DNA of 43,102 nt from Candidatus Kaiserbacteria bacterium. GTDB lineage: Bacteria; Patescibacteriota; Minisyncoccia; Phycocordibacterales; Phycocordibacteraceae. The DNA is taken from assembly GCA_023264445.1 (NCBI GenBank), contig JAHFMN010000004.1, forward strand, positions 1 through 43,102. Reading direction: 5' to 3'. This document shows positions 32,728 to 42,237 of the stretch, piece by piece. The number at the start of each line of letters is the position of its first letter. Within the stretch, counting starts at the first letter, position 1. The notes beneath the pieces were generated by a model. That model was given only the letters and a program-made list of their open reading frames with translations. It had not been told where the DNA came from and searched no databases. A program made the translations under genes and the position numbers.

Positions 32728-34092
32728 TTAATTGTTTGAAAGGAAGTCGATATTCGGCCGTATGACGTTCTTCACCGTGTTCATTACCTGGTTCGCGTAG
32801 GTTCTGCCTACGCGAGTGTTTGCGCCGCCCCAGCCCGCATAATATCGGGCTGCGGCGTTGAACTCCGCCGTATACCCTCCCGCGCTCGCGCCATTGTCTG
32901 CAAGGAGGAACGACATCGCCATGATGGCGTCCTTCGGGTCCCACGGATTGGCAGTGGGCACCCTGTTTGCTGATGCAACTCGGTCTGCATAGAGCTTCCA
33001 CGTGGAAGGAATGAACTGCGCAGGTCCCATCGCGCCGCCCCAGCCGCCCGCGCTCGCAATCGGGCACGAAACGACCTGACGATGCGGATCAAATCCTAGA
33101 AGCGGTGCTAGCGCGAGAAACGGTGGAACATCGCGGGTTGGAGCCATCACTTTGGCAAAGGCCGTTCCGGTATTCTTGCCCACGCCCGCGCCCGTCGCAT
33201 CATTGGTCAGATAGCACTGACCGACATTTTCGCCGAGATTTGATTCTTGAGTAAGGATGGCGAGCGCAAGCGCAGGGTCGACGCCGGTTATGCGCTCCGC
33301 CTGCTGTGCATACTCGAGCGCGGTGCCGAAGGAGATTGCGGCCGCATCGCGCAGCGGGAAGAGCGCTGCGCGTATGGCTGCGGCTTTTGCCTGCCGATCT
33401 GCAAGTATTTTCTTATATTCTGTTTCTTGATTCGTCGTGATGGTAAGCAGCTGCTGCTTCTGGGTCTTATTGCTCGCGATCTGTTTCTGCTGCAACTCGA
33501 CCACGTATTTCGCATCCGTCGTCTGATTCTGCTTTGCCGCCAGATCGGCTTTCTCGATCTCGGTCTGCGCCTTCGTATCGCGAATATCGGCAAAGAGGTT
33601 CTGCAGGCCGGTCTTAATAGATACGAATGCATCGAGATCGGCAAAGAGCGAGGAGATGTCCTCGTTTGAAAGCGCGACGGCGATGATGGAGGAATTATCC
33701 ATCTGGTCTTCCTGGCGCAGGATGGAAGCAAGCGATTCTTTCCCGCGCTCGATGCGGGCTTCGAGTTGCCCGATAACCACATTCTTTTTCGCTATCTGTG
33801 CAGCAAGCTGCTTGATGACGATATTTTTCGCATCAATTTGCGCTTGAGCGGCTTTGATCTGGGCATTGAGGAGCGTGACATCGCCCTGCAGGGTATTTTT
33901 CTTCGCCTGGGTATCCTTGATGATCTGCTGCTGCACGGCGATTTCCTTCTGCAGCTCGTCATATTGCGCCTGAAGTGCCGCGCGCTCTTCGGGCGTCAGA
34001 TTTTGAGCGTGTGTGGAATGCGTGTATACGGCGAAGCCGCCGCATATGACCGCGAGAAATAGGACAAAGGCGAAAACTGCCCTCTGAAACAT
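32728..34092 (-). CDS. Secreted coiled-coil protein with a C-terminal lytic transglycosylase/lysozyme-like domain (PcsB/CwlO-like architecture)
   Basis: Signal peptide, long heptad region, ILTQESNLG (catalytic Glu), AMGPAQFIPSTW, NPWDPKDAI. Confidence 0.88.
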   Translation of the reverse strand: MFQRAVFAFVLFLAVICGGFAVYTHSTHAQNLTPEERAALQAQYDELQKEIAVQQQIIKDTQAKKNTLQGDVTLLNAQIKAAQAQIDAKNIVIKQLAAQIAKKNVVIGQLEARIERGKESLASILRQEDQMDNSSIIAVALSNEDISSLFADLDAFVSIKTGLQNLFADIRDTKAQTEIEKADLAAKQNQTTDAKYVVELQQKQIASNKTQKQQLLTITTNQETEYKKILADRQAKAAAIRAALFPLRDAAAISFGTALEYAQQAERITGVDPALALAILTQESNLGENVGQCYLTNDATGAGVGKNTGTAFAKVMAPTRDVPPFLALAPLLGFDPHRQVVSCPIASAGGWGGAMGPAQFIPSTWKLYADRVASANRVPTANPWDPKDAIMAMSFLLADNGASAGGYTAEFNAAARYYAGWGGANTRVGRTYANQVMNTVKNVIRPNIDFLSNN

Positions 34093-34110
34093 CCCCCTAG
34101 TATAACAAAA

Positions 34111-34761
34111 TTAATTCTTTTCCTCTGGAGCGGCTGCACCTTCAGCAACCTCTTCTTCCTTGCCTTTCTTCTCCACTTCAATAGAAGAAATATCTGCTGG
34201 TGCGGCAGCCTCTTCTTTCTCTTCAACGACTTCCTGCACAAGTGCGACGACCTCTTCTGGCTCGCCAACAATCTCCACGCCGGTAGGAAGTTTGAGATCC
34301 TTCACGTAAATACGATCGCCGATAGCACGCAGTATGGAGAGATCGACTTCGATGGTATGCGGAAGATTCATCGGGTCCGCTTCCACCTCAAGTTCGTGAA
34401 GTACTTTCACGAGATTTGCACCCTGCTCTACGGCCAGTGATTCTCCAACGAATGCAAGCGGGATAGCGACTTCGACTTTCTCTCCCTTGGTGACCGCATA
34501 GAAGTCGACATGGCGCGGATGGTTGGTGATGGGATCGAGATCAACCTCGTGAATGAGGGTCGGGAGCGGCTCACCGAGGCCCGCAAGCGAAACGATAGTC
34601 GCCTCCCCGGCCTCGCGCAGCACTTTCTCGAAAGCGGTTGCAGAGACGGTGATGGGCGTCGACTCGAAGTGCGCACCATACACGACGGCCGGAACAGACC
34701 CCGCGCGTCGGAGCGCCGGTGCCTTTGTGTTCCCTCGTTTTTCAACCGCAAGCGTAAGCAT
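34111..34761 (-). CDS. rplY: 50S ribosomal protein bL25 (Ctc type)
   Basis: ALRRAGSVPAVVYG, HVDFYAV, VEVEADPMNLPHTIEVD, acidic tail. Confidence 0.95.
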   Translation of the reverse strand: MLTLAVEKRGNTKAPALRRAGSVPAVVYGAHFESTPITVSATAFEKVLREAGEATIVSLAGLGEPLPTLIHEVDLDPITNHPRHVDFYAVTKGEKVEVAIPLAFVGESLAVEQGANLVKVLHELEVEADPMNLPHTIEVDLSILRAIGDRIYVKDLKLPTGVEIVGEPEEVVALVQEVVEEKEEAAAPADISSIEVEKKGKEEEVAEGAAAPEEKN

Positions 34762-34803
34762 ATCCGCTGAATATAGCGGAACGGGGCCGGAAATGCAACG
34801 TTT

Positions 34804-35799
34804 TCAGCCGAGCACGGCCGCGGAGACTTTGGCGAGGCGCGCGAGATATGCCGCGCGCGCAGCAGGGACGTTTTCCTCCTTCCCTTTCCAGAGTGCGAGT
34901 GCTTCGTCCTGGAGCGCTCGCGCATAGGAGAATGTGAGCGGCCAGGGGGCATTCGCGCGCTTTGCATGCTTCGCTATCGCAGCGAGATTAGCCGTCGCCT
35001 CATCCGGCGTCTGCCCACCCGAGAGGAAGACGATGCCTGCCACCTGCCGCGGCACACTCGCTATAAGCGCGCTGAGTGTGTCTTCAGCGACTTCTTCCGG
35101 CGTATCCTTCTTCCCGCTTTCAGCTCCAGAAAGAGCCATAGAGGTCTTGATGATGACACTCGCGCGATCAACCGAATGTTCTTCTAGTACTGAAAATACT
35201 GTCTGCATCGTCTCTTCGATGACCGCGCGAGAACGCATGCGGCTATGCGTTCCTTCCAGAAGGATTTCTGGCTCGAGGATGGGCACGAGGCCGGCTGTCT
35301 GCACTTCCTTCGCATAGCTTGCGAGGCGTTTCGCATTCTCATGGAGCGCTACCGACGTTGGAAGCTGATCGCCATCGATGCGGATGACCGCGCGCCACTT
35401 GGTAAATAGTGCACCCTGCTTCTTATACATCTGGAGCCGCTCTGCGAGGTCGAGCAATCCCTGCGTGATGAGTTCTTCCGGACTCGAAGGAAATGGCTCG
35501 GTGCCGAGATCAACCTTCACGCCCGGTGCGACACCGCGCGCTGCAAGCGATTTCGGAAATGCTTTCTTATCATTTCCCTTTTGCGAAAGCGTCTCGGAAA
35601 AAAGAATGACTCCCGAGAGATATTCCTCGATGCCTTCGGCTCCGAGGAACAGGTCACGGTACTGGCGCCGCATCTCCGCGCTTGTGGCGATGCCATAGTG
35701 CGAAAGACGCGTGGTCGCCGTGTGCACGCTCTCATCCGCGGCGAGTATCCCTTTGCCGGGCGCAAAAAGCGAGCGCGCTGTCGCGACAAGATCAGTCAT
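34804..35799 (-). CDS. fba: Class I fructose-bisphosphate aldolase (eukaryote-like family)
   Basis: GKGILAADES, GVKVDLG, FTKWRAV, VPILEPEI, Schiff-base Lys in IIKTSM, IVFLSGGQ, LTFSYARALQ. Start MTDLVA. Confidence 0.93.
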   Translation of the reverse strand: MTDLVATARSLFAPGKGILAADESVHTATTRLSHYGIATSAEMRRQYRDLFLGAEGIEEYLSGVILFSETLSQKGNDKKAFPKSLAARGVAPGVKVDLGTEPFPSSPEELITQGLLDLAERLQMYKKQGALFTKWRAVIRIDGDQLPTSVALHENAKRLASYAKEVQTAGLVPILEPEILLEGTHSRMRSRAVIEETMQTVFSVLEEHSVDRASVIIKTSMALSGAESGKKDTPEEVAEDTLSALIASVPRQVAGIVFLSGGQTPDEATANLAAIAKHAKRANAPWPLTFSYARALQDEALALWKGKEENVPAARAAYLARLAKVSAAVLG

Positions 35800-35823
35800 G
35801 GTTGTATGATACCATTTGCCCAT

Positions 35824-36807
35824 ATGGACTTCGTTGCTATCGGCGACACGACTGTCGATGAATTCATCCGCCTCAAGGACGCGCGCGTGGCGTGCGATAT
35901 CAATAACGAGAACTGCACCATCTCCATGAAATGGGGCGATAAGATTCCTTATGAATTTTCTGTCCTGGTCCCGGGCGTTGGCAATGCCGCGAATGCCGCC
36001 GTTGCCGCCGCGCGGCTTGGTCTCTCCGCAGGATTCGTCTCAAACGTTGGGAAGGATCGTTACGGCGACGATATCCTTGCGATGTTTGCAGAAGAAAATG
36101 TCGATACAAGATACATTGCGGTAAACGATGGTATTCCGACAAACCATCACTACGTGCTGTGGTATGAATCCGAGCGCACCATCCTCATCCGGCACGAAGC
36201 GTATGAATATCTCATTCCCGAAGGATTTGAAGCATCAAAATGGATATATCTTTCCTCGACCGGTGAACGAGCCGAAGCATTCCACGGCGAGCTTGCCGCA
36301 TGGCTTACAGAGCATCCGGAAACAAAACTCGCCTTCCAGCCCGGCACATTTCAAATAAAAATGGGGGTAGAAAAATTGAAAGAGCTCTATGCTGTCACCG
36401 AAGTCGTCGCCTGCAATAAAGAGGAGGTAGAAACCATCCTAGGAGTCGGCGACACAGACATGAAAACGCTCCTCGAGAGGATGCACGCGCTCGGGCCAAA
36501 AATAGTGCTCATAACAGACGGGCCGAATGGCGCATATGCCTTCGATGGAACACGTATGCTTAAAGTGCCTATGTATCCAGATTCGAAACCACCATACGAT
36601 CGAACGGGAGCCGGAGATGCGATGACGTCGACCTTCGTCGCCGCGCTTGCGCTCGGCGTACCAATTGAAGAAGCGCTTCGCTGGGGTCCGGTGAACTCAA
36701 TGTCGGTTGTACAGGACATCGGCGCACAGAAAGGCCTCCTCACGCGCGAGGCCCTCCTACAACATCTTGAGAACGCACCGTCCTCATACCGCGTCGAGCA
36801 ATTCTAG
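35824..36807 (+). CDS. PfkB-family carbohydrate kinase
   Basis: MDFVAIGD, GVGNAANAAVAAARLG, ITDGPNGA, DRTGAGDA. Confidence 0.92.
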   Translation: MDFVAIGDTTVDEFIRLKDARVACDINNENCTISMKWGDKIPYEFSVLVPGVGNAANAAVAAARLGLSAGFVSNVGKDRYGDDILAMFAEENVDTRYIAVNDGIPTNHHYVLWYESERTILIRHEAYEYLIPEGFEASKWIYLSSTGERAEAFHGELAAWLTEHPETKLAFQPGTFQIKMGVEKLKELYAVTEVVACNKEEVETILGVGDTDMKTLLERMHALGPKIVLITDGPNGAYAFDGTRMLKVPMYPDSKPPYDRTGAGDAMTSTFVAALALGVPIEEALRWGPVNSMSVVQDIGAQKGLLTREALLQHLENAPSSYRVEQF

Positions 36808-36809
36808 AC

Positions 36810-36974
36810 TTACTGATTTAATATCGACTGCTTAAGCGGGGCATACTTTGCTTCGGAACCAGTAAACGCATTCGTAAGCGAGTTAGTCGTTGCGAAATGA
36901 TAGATGGACCATCCAGCAAGCACACCGGCAATGACAATCAAGAGTCCAAAAAGGATATTCGCGGCTTCTTTCAT
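36810..36974 (-). CDS. Small single-TM membrane protein (54 aa), not in the ORF track
   Basis: ATG overlaps the transketolase TGA (ATGA): MKEAANILFGLLIVIAGVLAGWSIYHFATTNSLTNAFTGSEAKYAPLKQSILNQ*. It fills the gap to the pfkB stop. Confidence 0.6.
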   Translation of the reverse strand: MKEAANILFGLLIVIAGVLAGWSIYHFATTNSLTNAFTGSEAKYAPLKQSILNQ

Positions 36975-37957
36975 TTCTTTAGCATCGCGCGCACGACCTC
37001 TTCTATGTGAGTGGCGTTAAGCCCGTAATGTGTGAGGAGCTCATCCGGCGTACCCGATTGACCGAACTGGTCAGCAACGCCAAGACGCATAAGCGGCACT
37101 GGATGGTGTTCTCCGAGACATTCCGCAACAGCACTCCCGAAGCCGCCCGCGACCTGATGCTCTTCAACCGTCACGATGCGTCCTACCCGCTTCGCTGCAT
37201 CAATCACTGCTTCCGTATCAAGCGGTTTTATAGTCGGCACATGGAGCACTAGGGAGCCGATGCCATCGTTTGAGAGCGCATGAGCGGCTTCAAGGGCCGC
37301 GTAGCTCAAGGAACCGGTAGAGAGAATTGCGACACGGGGATCTTCTGATTCGAAGAGCGCAAGCGCCTTCCCGATAGAAAACGGTGTCTGCGTAGTTGTA
37401 AACAGTGGCGTTGCCGCGCGGCCGAATCGGATATAGACAGGTCCATCGGTCTTTGCGGCCGCGACGACGGCCTTTCGCGCTTCCTCAGCATCTCCGGGAG
37501 CAATGACCGTCATCCCCGGAAGCATGCGCATCATGCCGATGTCCTCCAGCATCTGATGTGTCGCACCATCGGGTCCCACCGAGACGCCGGCATGCATGCC
37601 GCATATCTTCACCGGCATCCGGTTGAGAGCAATCGTCGTGCGAATCTGTTCATAGTTGCGCCCTGGCGAGAATGCCGCATAACTCGCGATAAACGGCACC
37701 TTGCCCGCAGCCGCCATGCCGCTTGCGATCGTCGCCATACCCTGCTCGGCAACGCCCACCTCGACGAAACGATCGGGGAACTGCTTTTCAAATTCTTCTG
37801 CGCGCGTGGACTCCTTCAAATCGGCACAGAGCACGACGACGCGTTCATCCTGCTTCCCTGCTTCTATGACGCCCGTGCCGAAGCCGTCCCTCGTCGCCGC
37901 TTGCGGAATGTCGTCCGCAAATGTTTTTTCGGAGAGATGTGCGGCCTGATTAAGCAT
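36971..37957 (-). CDS. tkt: Transketolase, C-terminal (pyrimidine-binding) subunit
   Basis: LCADLKES, VEVGVAEQ, GPDGATHQ, VTVEEHQVAGGFGS. Confidence 0.93.
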   Translation of the reverse strand: MLNQAAHLSEKTFADDIPQAATRDGFGTGVIEAGKQDERVVVLCADLKESTRAEEFEKQFPDRFVEVGVAEQGMATIASGMAAAGKVPFIASYAAFSPGRNYEQIRTTIALNRMPVKICGMHAGVSVGPDGATHQMLEDIGMMRMLPGMTVIAPGDAEEARKAVVAAAKTDGPVYIRFGRAATPLFTTTQTPFSIGKALALFESEDPRVAILSTGSLSYAALEAAHALSNDGIGSLVLHVPTIKPLDTEAVIDAAKRVGRIVTVEEHQVAGGFGSAVAECLGEHHPVPLMRLGVADQFGQSGTPDELLTHYGLNATHIEEVVRAMLKK

Positions 37958-38807
37958 ATTCGTGCGGGAGCTTACCGCTCATCGTGCGGATCTCTTTGAG
38001 AAATCGCTTCCCTTCCTCCTTGGTCGGAGGCTTGCCGTGCCAGTGGTAATCGAACTCTATTTCCGGAACGCCTTTGCCGGGGATCGTGTGCGCGATGATG
38101 AGCGTCGGCTTCTCGTACACCGCTCTCGCCTCCTCAATCGCCTGTATGAATGCCATGATGTCGTGCCCGTTCACTTCGAGCACGTGCCAATTGAAGGCGC
38201 GGTATTTGTCTGCAAGCGGCTCAAGCGGCATGACGTCTTCGGTCATGCCATCTATCTGGATGTTGTTGCGGTCCATGATCGCGGTCAAATTGTGCAGCTT
38301 ATTTTTCCCCGCAAACATCACTGCTTCCCAGGTATTCCCTTCCTCCTGTTCGCCATCGCTCATCGCGCAAAACACCCGCTGCTTCTTCTCATCCATGCGG
38401 AAGGCGTATGCGATGCCGGCGGCTTGTGCGAGACCTTCGCCGAGAGGTCCCGACGTCGTCTCGAGTCCCGGCAATCGCGCACGCTCCGGGTGCCCTTGGA
38501 GCCGGCTACCGAACTTTCGAAGCGTGAGGCACTCCTCTACGGGGAAATACCCGGCATGTGCCAGCGTCGCGTAGAGCACTGGGCAAATATGACCGTTACT
38601 AAGGATGAATCGGTCGCGTCCTTCCCAGAGCGGTTCGTCGGGCCGGTGCTGAAGAATATGAAAATAAAATGCGGTGAGTATATCTGCCATTCCTAGAGGC
38701 CCGGCAGTGTGCCCGCTTCCCGCCTCTACAAGCATCTTGATGACCGTCTCGCGAGTAGCTTCCGCCTGCTTTTCAAGGGCCTGGATTTGATCGTCGGTAA
38801 CTAACAT
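37950..38807 (-). CDS. tkt: Transketolase, N-terminal (TPP-binding) subunit
   Basis: GSGHTAG, DRFILSNGH, LQGHP, TTSGPLGEG, SDGEQEEG...DRN, HTIPGKG. Confidence 0.93.
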   Translation of the reverse strand: MLVTDDQIQALEKQAEATRETVIKMLVEAGSGHTAGPLGMADILTAFYFHILQHRPDEPLWEGRDRFILSNGHICPVLYATLAHAGYFPVEECLTLRKFGSRLQGHPERARLPGLETTSGPLGEGLAQAAGIAYAFRMDEKKQRVFCAMSDGEQEEGNTWEAVMFAGKNKLHNLTAIMDRNNIQIDGMTEDVMPLEPLADKYRAFNWHVLEVNGHDIMAFIQAIEEARAVYEKPTLIIAHTIPGKGVPEIEFDYHWHGKPPTKEEGKRFLKEIRTMSGKLPHEYA

Positions 38808-38826
38808 TGTTTTCTAGTATACCCTG

Positions 38827-39546
38827 CTAGACCCCATAGGGGTTCTCGAGCATTTCAAATGCCGCAAGCGCGGCTACTGGATCCCGAGCGTGCAAGATGG
38901 CGGAGCCGACGACGAGATTCGTGACGCCGAGGGCGACGAGTTCCTTCGCGACTTCGAGCGAAACACCGCCATCCACCTGCACGGGGACTTCCGGGTGCCG
39001 CGCGCGAAACGTACGGACCTTTTCAAACACGCGCCGGTCGAAGGGCTGCCCTTGCCGCCCTATCCGCGCGATGCCCATGAATTGTACGAATGCAACCTCG
39101 TCAAGGCACGGTTCGATGAGTGCAAGGTCGCTTGCACTGTTCAGCGCCACACCGAAAGAGACAAGCCCCGATACAGAACCGTCGCCGGCGCCATAGTGCT
39201 GACGAACAAAAGAAAACAGTCTTGGCAGATCGGTCGTACTCTCAGCATGGAAGATGAACCGCGTTGCGCCAAGCGTCAGCCATGCGGCAACAGCACTCTC
39301 GGCATCGAGACACATCAAATCCATCTCGTATGCGAGGCGATCGAGGTGAGGCAAGAGGCCATGATGATCAAGCATGCGGCCTAGCTCCGCCGGAGCATTG
39401 TAGGGCCAGGATACTGGTGCGGCGAACTTGCCGTCAACGACATCGATCTGGATGCGGTTCACTGCTTGATTGCTCGCAAAGAGCGCGAGCTTCTCCTCGA
39501 GATCTACACGCGAGGAAGGAAGAACTGCCGGGACAACGAGACCCAT
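38827..39546 (-). CDS. rpe: Ribulose-phosphate 3-epimerase-like protein
   Basis: IDVVDGKF, FHAE, GVALN, VQVDGGV, LVVGSAI; located in a pentose phosphate cluster. Confidence 0.85.
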   Translation of the reverse strand: MGLVVPAVLPSSRVDLEEKLALFASNQAVNRIQIDVVDGKFAAPVSWPYNAPAELGRMLDHHGLLPHLDRLAYEMDLMCLDAESAVAAWLTLGATRFIFHAESTTDLPRLFSFVRQHYGAGDGSVSGLVSFGVALNSASDLALIEPCLDEVAFVQFMGIARIGRQGQPFDRRVFEKVRTFRARHPEVPVQVDGGVSLEVAKELVALGVTNLVVGSAILHARDPVAALAAFEMLENPYGV

Positions 39547-39554
39547 GTATGTAG

Positions 39555-40040
39555 CTAAAACTTGGCGAGACGGCGCATGTGGCGCGGCGAATCTGAAAAT
39601 GGGGTTTCAAGAAAAATACGCACGGCATGATCAGCTTCATCTCCAGAAATGAAACGTGCGCCGATGGAGAGGATATTTGCATTGTTGTGCCGGCGCGGCA
39701 GACGCACGGCATCGTATCCATCTTCAGAACGACCGCCTTCGATATCAAGCGCAGCGGTCACCCGCATGGGCCCGTAGAATACAGCAGCACGGATGCCCTT
39801 GATGCGATTCGCGCACATAGCTTCTCCTTGCCCGCTCCCGCCGATGAGAACGCCGCAAGAACCTTCTTCTGCCGCGACGCGCTCTGCAAGCGGCGTCATG
39901 AAATCTGGATAATCGTCTTCCCGATCGAGCGAATGGGCCCCGAGGTCTTCAACCTCGTATCCGAGCGTACGGACATGTTCAACGAGTGCATTTTTCAGTG
40001 CAAAACCGGCGTGATCAGCGGCGAAATAGACTTTATGCAT
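39555..40040 (-). CDS. rpiB: Ribose-5-phosphate isomerase B
   Basis: AADHAGFALK, DDYPDF, GGSGQGEAMCANRIKGIRAA, HNNANILSIGAR, RHMRRLAK. Confidence 0.94.
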   Translation of the reverse strand: MHKVYFAADHAGFALKNALVEHVRTLGYEVEDLGAHSLDREDDYPDFMTPLAERVAAEEGSCGVLIGGSGQGEAMCANRIKGIRAAVFYGPMRVTAALDIEGGRSEDGYDAVRLPRRHNNANILSIGARFISGDEADHAVRIFLETPFSDSPRHMRRLAKF

Positions 40041-41049
40041 GCGTGGCGAGAAGCACGTGGCGCACGAGCGACTCCGTATACCCCATCTCGTTATCATACC
40101 AAGCGAGCACCTTCACGAGCGTACCGTCTACCACGCGGGTCATACTAAGATCCGCGATGGAAGCATAGGGTTCGCCGACGATATCGCTTGAAACGAGGCC
40201 TTCGTCGGTCGCGCTGAAGATACCCTCCCAGCGTGGCGCCGCTGCGGCGCCACGCAACGCTCCGTTCACCTCCTCAACCGTCGTAGGACGCTTCGCAATG
40301 AACGTGATATCGGCGATGGACCCTGCCACGACCGGCACGCGCAGACTGATGCCGTCAAACTTGCCCGCAAGTTCCGGATACGCCTCCGTTACCGCTATCG
40401 CAGCACCGGTCGTCGTCGGGACGATGTTCTGCGCTGCTGCCCTGCCCTCCTTCATATCCTTTCTTGAGGGACCATCCACGATAGACTGGCTCGCCGTGTA
40501 CGCATGCGTGGTCGAGAGAATCGCCTTTTCGATGCCGATGGCTTCATCAAGGATATGGATGAGCGGGCTTGCGGAGTTCGTCGTGCAAGAAGCATTGCTC
40601 GTTATCTGGCACGTCTTAAACCGCTCTTCGTTCAGGCCCATGAGCACGGTCGCGCCGGGTCCGTCAGTCGGCGAATGCCCTTTCACCGGTGCGGTAATGA
40701 CCACACGCTTCGCGCCGGCCGTAATGTGCACCTGCGCTTTCTCATAATCAGTAAAAAATCCGGTGGACTCCACGACGACATCAATCTGGAGATCTTTCCA
40801 CGGAAGACTCGCGGGGTCCTTCTCCGAAAAAAACTTCACCTCTTTCCCATCCAGCACGAGCGCGTCATCTTTCGCTTCCACCGAGAACGGCGCCCGGCCA
40901 TATACCGTGTCGTACTTCAGGAGGTAGGCGAGATTCTCAAGTGAACCCAGATCATTCACTGCGACAATCTCGATGCCGCGATTCTGGGAGCGGCGCGCGA
41001 ACGCCCGCCCGATGCGACCGAACCCGTTGATAGCGACGCGAATAGCCAT
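40033..41049 (-). CDS. gap: Glyceraldehyde-3-phosphate dehydrogenase (type I)
   Basis: INGFGRIGR, VVESTG, SNASCTTN, AAAQNIVPTTTGAA, WYDNEMGY. Confidence 0.97.
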   Translation of the reverse strand: MAIRVAINGFGRIGRAFARRSQNRGIEIVAVNDLGSLENLAYLLKYDTVYGRAPFSVEAKDDALVLDGKEVKFFSEKDPASLPWKDLQIDVVVESTGFFTDYEKAQVHITAGAKRVVITAPVKGHSPTDGPGATVLMGLNEERFKTCQITSNASCTTNSASPLIHILDEAIGIEKAILSTTHAYTASQSIVDGPSRKDMKEGRAAAQNIVPTTTGAAIAVTEAYPELAGKFDGISLRVPVVAGSIADITFIAKRPTTVEEVNGALRGAAAAPRWEGIFSATDEGLVSSDIVGEPYASIADLSMTRVVDGTLVKVLAWYDNEMGYTESLVRHVLLATHA

Positions 41050-41115
41050 AGGTAAAGAATGTAAATAAAAGGTTTTGAAAATGAGCTGTAACCCCTTTAT
41101 TGTACCCTATATAAA

Positions 41116-41280
41116 CTGCCCACTGCGTTTCAAGACTGCGGTGACGATGTCCCGAAGTTAGAACCTATTAGGTCGCTTCATTACACTCGTGTTGATAAAA
41201 TTGTACGTGATTTAAGGCGAATTTACAAGGAAAATCCGGCCTATTTTGACGTTCCGGCTTTTGCACAGAAGGTCTACTAG
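41116..41280 (+). pseudogene. Start-less or CTG-initiated small ORF homologous to 42469-42651
   Basis: Frame reads ...GDDVPKLEPIRSLHYTRVDKIVRDLRRIYKENPAYFDVPAFAQKVY*. No ATG before the upstream in-frame stop. Confidence 0.5.
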
Positions 41281-41329
41281 GACCGGATTCCCGCAAGCTT
41301 TAGCGATTATTTCTCCCCTCGAGCCTCCT
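41225..41329. repeat. Direct repeat copy 1 (105 bp)
   Basis: Matches 42596-42700 with 4 mismatches; the first 65 nt are identical. Confidence 0.95.
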
Positions 41330-41903
41330 TGAGGGCATATGTCCACCAAAGAAGCTGGGTTGTCATGCTCGCCGCCTTATCCGCATAACTCGCAAAAAGA
41401 TTATCAGGAGTAGTTTTGCCCATGATGACCGGAAAGTATTGCTCCCCGTTCATGTGTATGGCTTCTCGTATCGGAGCCATCTGAAGCTCAATGGCGATGA
41501 GGCGCAGATGCTCTACGGCGCGAGCGCCGCCGACACTTCCGTAGCTTACGAAGGCAACGGGCTTCTTCCACCATTCCTGTTGTATCCAGTCAAGCGCGTT
41601 TTTCAATACGCCTGAAGTACTGTGGTTGTATTCCGGCGTTACCATGACGAAGGCGTCTCCTTCGGCGACTTTCTTGGTAAAGCGAGCAACAGCTTCGTTT
41701 TTGTAGGGTTCTGTCTTGAACGACGGACTGACTGGTTCATTGAAAAATGGCATGTCGTAGTCGCGCAGATCAAGCACCTCGACGGCGATCCCCTCCAGCT
41801 TCTTGAGTTCTCCGGCGATCCATGCGGCGGCCTTGTCGCTGAAGCGACCCTCGCGGGTGCTTCCAGTAATTACTTTTATCTGGACGGATGTGGTTTTATT
41901 CAT
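41307..41903 (-). CDS. NAD(P)H-dependent FMN reductase (flavodoxin-like, SsuE/ChrR family)
   Basis: ITGSTREGRFS, VTPEYNHSTSGVLKNALDW, KPVAFVSYGSVGGARA. Confidence 0.93.
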   Translation of the reverse strand: MNKTTSVQIKVITGSTREGRFSDKAAAWIAGELKKLEGIAVEVLDLRDYDMPFFNEPVSPSFKTEPYKNEAVARFTKKVAEGDAFVMVTPEYNHSTSGVLKNALDWIQQEWWKKPVAFVSYGSVGGARAVEHLRLIAIELQMAPIREAIHMNGEQYFPVIMGKTTPDNLFASYADKAASMTTQLLWWTYALKEARGEK

Positions 41904-41940
41904 ATGTATTTTTTATTAGTGAACTTTTGATAATGAGGCA

Positions 41941-42237
41941 TTACTGTTTTCGCTTCTTCTTTGGTTTCAATTCCTGCGTCAGCCGCTTCAATAGACGGAT
42001 GGTGTGCTCAGCATTCAGTGTGTACCACACTTCCTGTCCCTGTCGCTCATCCTGTACCAATCCGGTTTCCTTAAGGACGCGCAAGTGCTGGGAGACAAGG
42101 GACTGCGAGAGCTTTGTTTTCTTTGCCAACTCGCCAACGGTCTTGCCACCCGAAAAGAGCGCTTCCACGATGCGATAGCGCGGGACGCTCCCGATACCCT
42201 TGCCGAATTTCTCCATGTCTTTGCACAAATCGGTCAT
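41941..42237 (-). CDS. ArsR/SmtB-family transcriptional regulator
   Basis: RYRIVEAL...TVGELA...SQSLVSQHLRVLKETGLVQDERQGQEVWYTL. TG-C-TAATAT 6 nt upstream. Confidence 0.92.
   Translation of the reverse strand: MTDLCKDMEKFGKGIGSVPRYRIVEALFSGGKTVGELAKKTKLSQSLVSQHLRVLKETGLVQDERQGQEVWYTLNAEHTIRLLKRLTQELKPKKKRKQ

Noticed and set aside
35581-35823. Upstream extension of the PfkB ORF and the MGKWYHTT start of fba
   Set aside because: They overlap each other head-to-head. Family-typical starts at 35824 and 35799, each with a -10 box, fit better.
17992-36973. Alternative genetic code (UGA read as Gly/Trp, as in some CPR lineages)
   Set aside because: TGA cleanly ends several genes (17994, 25743, 26917, 29484, 36971), and core genes have no in-frame TGA.
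56-40944. Many long antisense or alternate-frame ORFs (e.g. 56-535, 5918-6505, 6920-7618, 14241-14891, 19245-19847, 32438-33067, 37962-38696)
   Set aside because: They overlap well-supported genes on the other strand or frame, have no recognisable motifs, and are expected shadows in GC-rich coding DNA.
1743-41191. Recurring CACTCGTG/CACGAGTG octamer (1743, 8099, 11997, 41184) as a regulator site
   Set aside because: About one copy is expected by chance in 43 kb, and two of the four lie in coding or ORF-like sequence.
41225-41329. Direct repeat as an integron attC site
   Set aside because: It follows a stop codon and forms a bulged hairpin, but I find no RYYYAAC/GTTRRRY boxes and no integron integrase in the window.
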